NCBI GenBank assembly: GCA_947367565.1
Contig: CANBEI010000001.1
Location: 4,976-68,975 of the forward strand
DNA: 64,000 nt
Reading direction: 5' to 3'
Source of the DNA: an uncultured Candidatus Saccharibacteria bacterium
Lineage (GTDB): Bacteria > Patescibacteriota > Saccharimonadia > Saccharimonadales > Saccharimonadaceae
Part shown: positions 62,387 through 64,000 of the stretch, one piece after another
Layout of the letters: each line of letters starts with the position of its first letter
How positions within the stretch are numbered: position 1 is the first letter of the stretch
Program-made: the position numbers and the translations under genes
Notes under the pieces: model-generated
Seen by the model: only the letters and a program-made list of their open reading frames with translations
Databases searched by the model: none
What the model was told of the DNA's origin: nothing

Positions 62387-63837
62387 TATATTTCCTCTAT
62401 TTCGTTATCTGTAAAAATCCACTCATCATTATCGAAATCATATTCATAGTCGGGATCATAGACATAGTCACAATCATCACCATAACAGTCTATGTTGTCG
62501 ATCTCGATGTCGCTACCTCCGCTATCAATCGTGACTCTTCCCCACGTATCTTCAACCGGCAAGATCTCAAATAATTCCGTAATGTCACGATATTCGCTCG
62601 GAGCACTCACGGTCGCTTCCTGATAGCCTAGCGTCACAGCAAAGCTGTTTTGCCACTCATCGCTGTCAGCATAAGCCCAGATGCTACGAATCTTATGGCC
62701 AAATTGTGATACCTCAGCGTACAGGTGTAGCTCTTCCGGAATGTCGATGTCGCTGGCGGAGATTTCGTCGAAGTCCGATGCACTAATCTCGTCGGCGCCG
62801 GGGTTGTACTGAGCCATAGCGTTGTTATAACAAGTGTACATTTCTTCGGCCATAGCAGTATCTGGAATCGTGTTGATAAACTCCGCTAATGCGTTTTTGT
62901 TGACCGTAATCTCATATAAATTATGCCAAGCCTGCGCCGTATAATCGGTGTAGCCGTCGCCCGAGGCAATCTTTTTGACCGGCGTTACTTTTACAAACTT
63001 GTTTTGCTTATATAACTCAACCAGAGTTTTAGAGTTGTCACGCGTACCGGCTTCAAGTACACAATCATACAAACTGCCGTACAAGTCGGCGACCTCGCGG
63101 CTGCCGCTCATGTCTTCAAGCACATCGCGCACCGAAATCCGCCACCATTCGCCATCAATCGTCTCGAGGGCAGAGAATAATTCTTCCATTTCACCCTCGG
63201 CATCGGCTTCAAGCCCCATGCTACGCACGCTATCCATGATACCGCTAACCTTAAGATAAATCGCGCCGTCTGTCATTTGGACCGTGCCAATCTGGAGATT
63301 GATGCTTTGCTCATTAGCTAATGTAATTAATAGCGAAACGTCGGTCGCATTTGGTAACTTTGAGCTAGAAGAGGTGAGATTTAGGATTACCATCTGGACC
63401 GTGTCGTCGTCATTACCTTCGCGCAAGGTCATCGACCCGCCGCCATTCAGAGAGATATTCGGCGCGCGGAAGATATTATTTACGCCGTCAAGCATGACCT
63501 TTTCAGGATTGTTATAGAAAGCAAAGAACCAAATCGCGAGTCCGCCAAGAATCAAGACGAGTACACCGATAATCGCAGCAATGATCATTTGGGTGCGACG
63601 TTTTGCTTTGTCTCCGGGGAGACGTAAATCATGCTCAATATGATGGCTGTCGACTGGACGCGAGACCTGCGGCTGCGCTACGGTTTCGACATTCGGGGCA
63701 GCACCCTCCCCGGCCGTCGGCATCATAGGCTGTTCTGTAATCGTTGCATTAGTTTCTATGTTTTGGCCTGGCTCAGACTGCGACATACTATTGTCTAGAT
63801 TCTCTGCGCCACCCGCCGTGATTGGATCCTGATCCAT
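62386..63837 (-). CDS. Hypothetical single-pass membrane protein with acidic C-terminus (occupies the position an FtsQ/DivIB gene would have)
   Basis: 483 aa. TM helix MIIAAIIGVLVLILGGLAIWFFAF. Stop overlaps the start of the FtsA-like gene. Confidence 0.6.
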   Translation of the reverse strand: MDQDPITAGGAENLDNSMSQSEPGQNIETNATITEQPMMPTAGEGAAPNVETVAQPQVSRPVDSHHIEHDLRLPGDKAKRRTQMIIAAIIGVLVLILGGLAIWFFAFYNNPEKVMLDGVNNIFRAPNISLNGGGSMTLREGNDDDTVQMVILNLTSSSSKLPNATDVSLLITLANEQSINLQIGTVQMTDGAIYLKVSGIMDSVRSMGLEADAEGEMEELFSALETIDGEWWRISVRDVLEDMSGSREVADLYGSLYDCVLEAGTRDNSKTLVELYKQNKFVKVTPVKKIASGDGYTDYTAQAWHNLYEITVNKNALAEFINTIPDTAMAEEMYTCYNNAMAQYNPGADEISASDFDEISASDIDIPEELHLYAEVSQFGHKIRSIWAYADSDEWQNSFAVTLGYQEATVSAPSEYRDITELFEILPVEDTWGRVTIDSGGSDIEIDNIDCYGDDCDYVYDPDYEYDFDNDEWIFTDNEIEEI

Positions 63838-63932
63838 GGCTCTCCTTGCTTAAGCTTTATCTTATTGTAGCATATTAGCCCGCAAAAATACAACCACTTT
63901 GCGCGGGCTAGACGGCGTGCTATAATGTGATT

Positions 63933-64000
63933 ATGAATAGTTTTACGATTAAAGAGATCAAAGCTCGGCAGGTACTCGATAGCCGAGGCAATCCGACCGT
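63933..64000 (+). CDS. eno: Enolase, 5' end only
   Basis: My translation is MNSFTIKEIKARQVLDSRGNPT. TGCTATAAT (63918-63926) lies 6 nt upstream of the ATG. Confidence 0.8.
   Translation, partial: MNSFTIKEIKARQVLDSRGNPT

Noticed and set aside
1-64000. Prophage, transposon or integrative element
   Set aside because: No integrase, transposase, recombinase, capsid or terminase-like ORF was seen in any frame, despite the tRNA-adjacent accessory locus.

Overview
Gene-dense bacterial chromosomal segment with roughly 60 protein genes, about three quarters on the minus strand and many with overlapping stop/start codons. It holds one tRNA-Leu(UAG). I found no rRNA, CRISPR array, transposase, integrase or phage genes. 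The content is housekeeping for a reduced-genome organism: nrdDG, folA, a ThyA-family enzyme, dut, NifS/IscU, recG, trmD, rsmD, obg, tgt plus a YhhQ-type queuosine-precursor transporter, the 5' end of eno and an FtsA-like protein. It also holds cell-wall enzymes (VanY-like, LysM-CHAP, RuvX-MltG fusion, class A beta-lactamase-like hydrolase), two ABC exporter sets, two two-component systems and a P-type ATPase. The repertoire suggests a Patescibacteria/Saccharibacteria-like genome, but this is inference only. Six things are not explained by ordinary annotation. (1) Seven copies or fragments of a ~65-aa module that matches only the C-terminal tail of the Fibrobacter-type (FISUMP, lectin-like) domain. 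They sit in three loci, share nucleotide-identical anchor blocks around variable cores, and several copies are decayed. (2) A GC-rich structured palindromic element with compensatory stem changes, found once between convergent module genes and once in frame inside tgt, with a possible third relative in obg. (3) A G12 homopolymer that splits a membrane-anchored serine hydrolase gene. (4) An orphan promoter-to-terminator unit with a tandem 23-nt repeat and three-way alternative pairing (candidate sRNA or Cys-rich micro-ORFs), inside an island of unknown genes. (5) A uniform promoter grammar: extended -10 boxes 6-9 nt from the ATG (leaderless) for core genes, versus a near-identical TATTGACAAAAA-N-TGCTACAAT cassette with leaders for orphan genes. 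(6) A translationally coupled ThyA-like / cytidylyltransferase-deaminase / HIT-like / UbiB-kinase / AraC operon.
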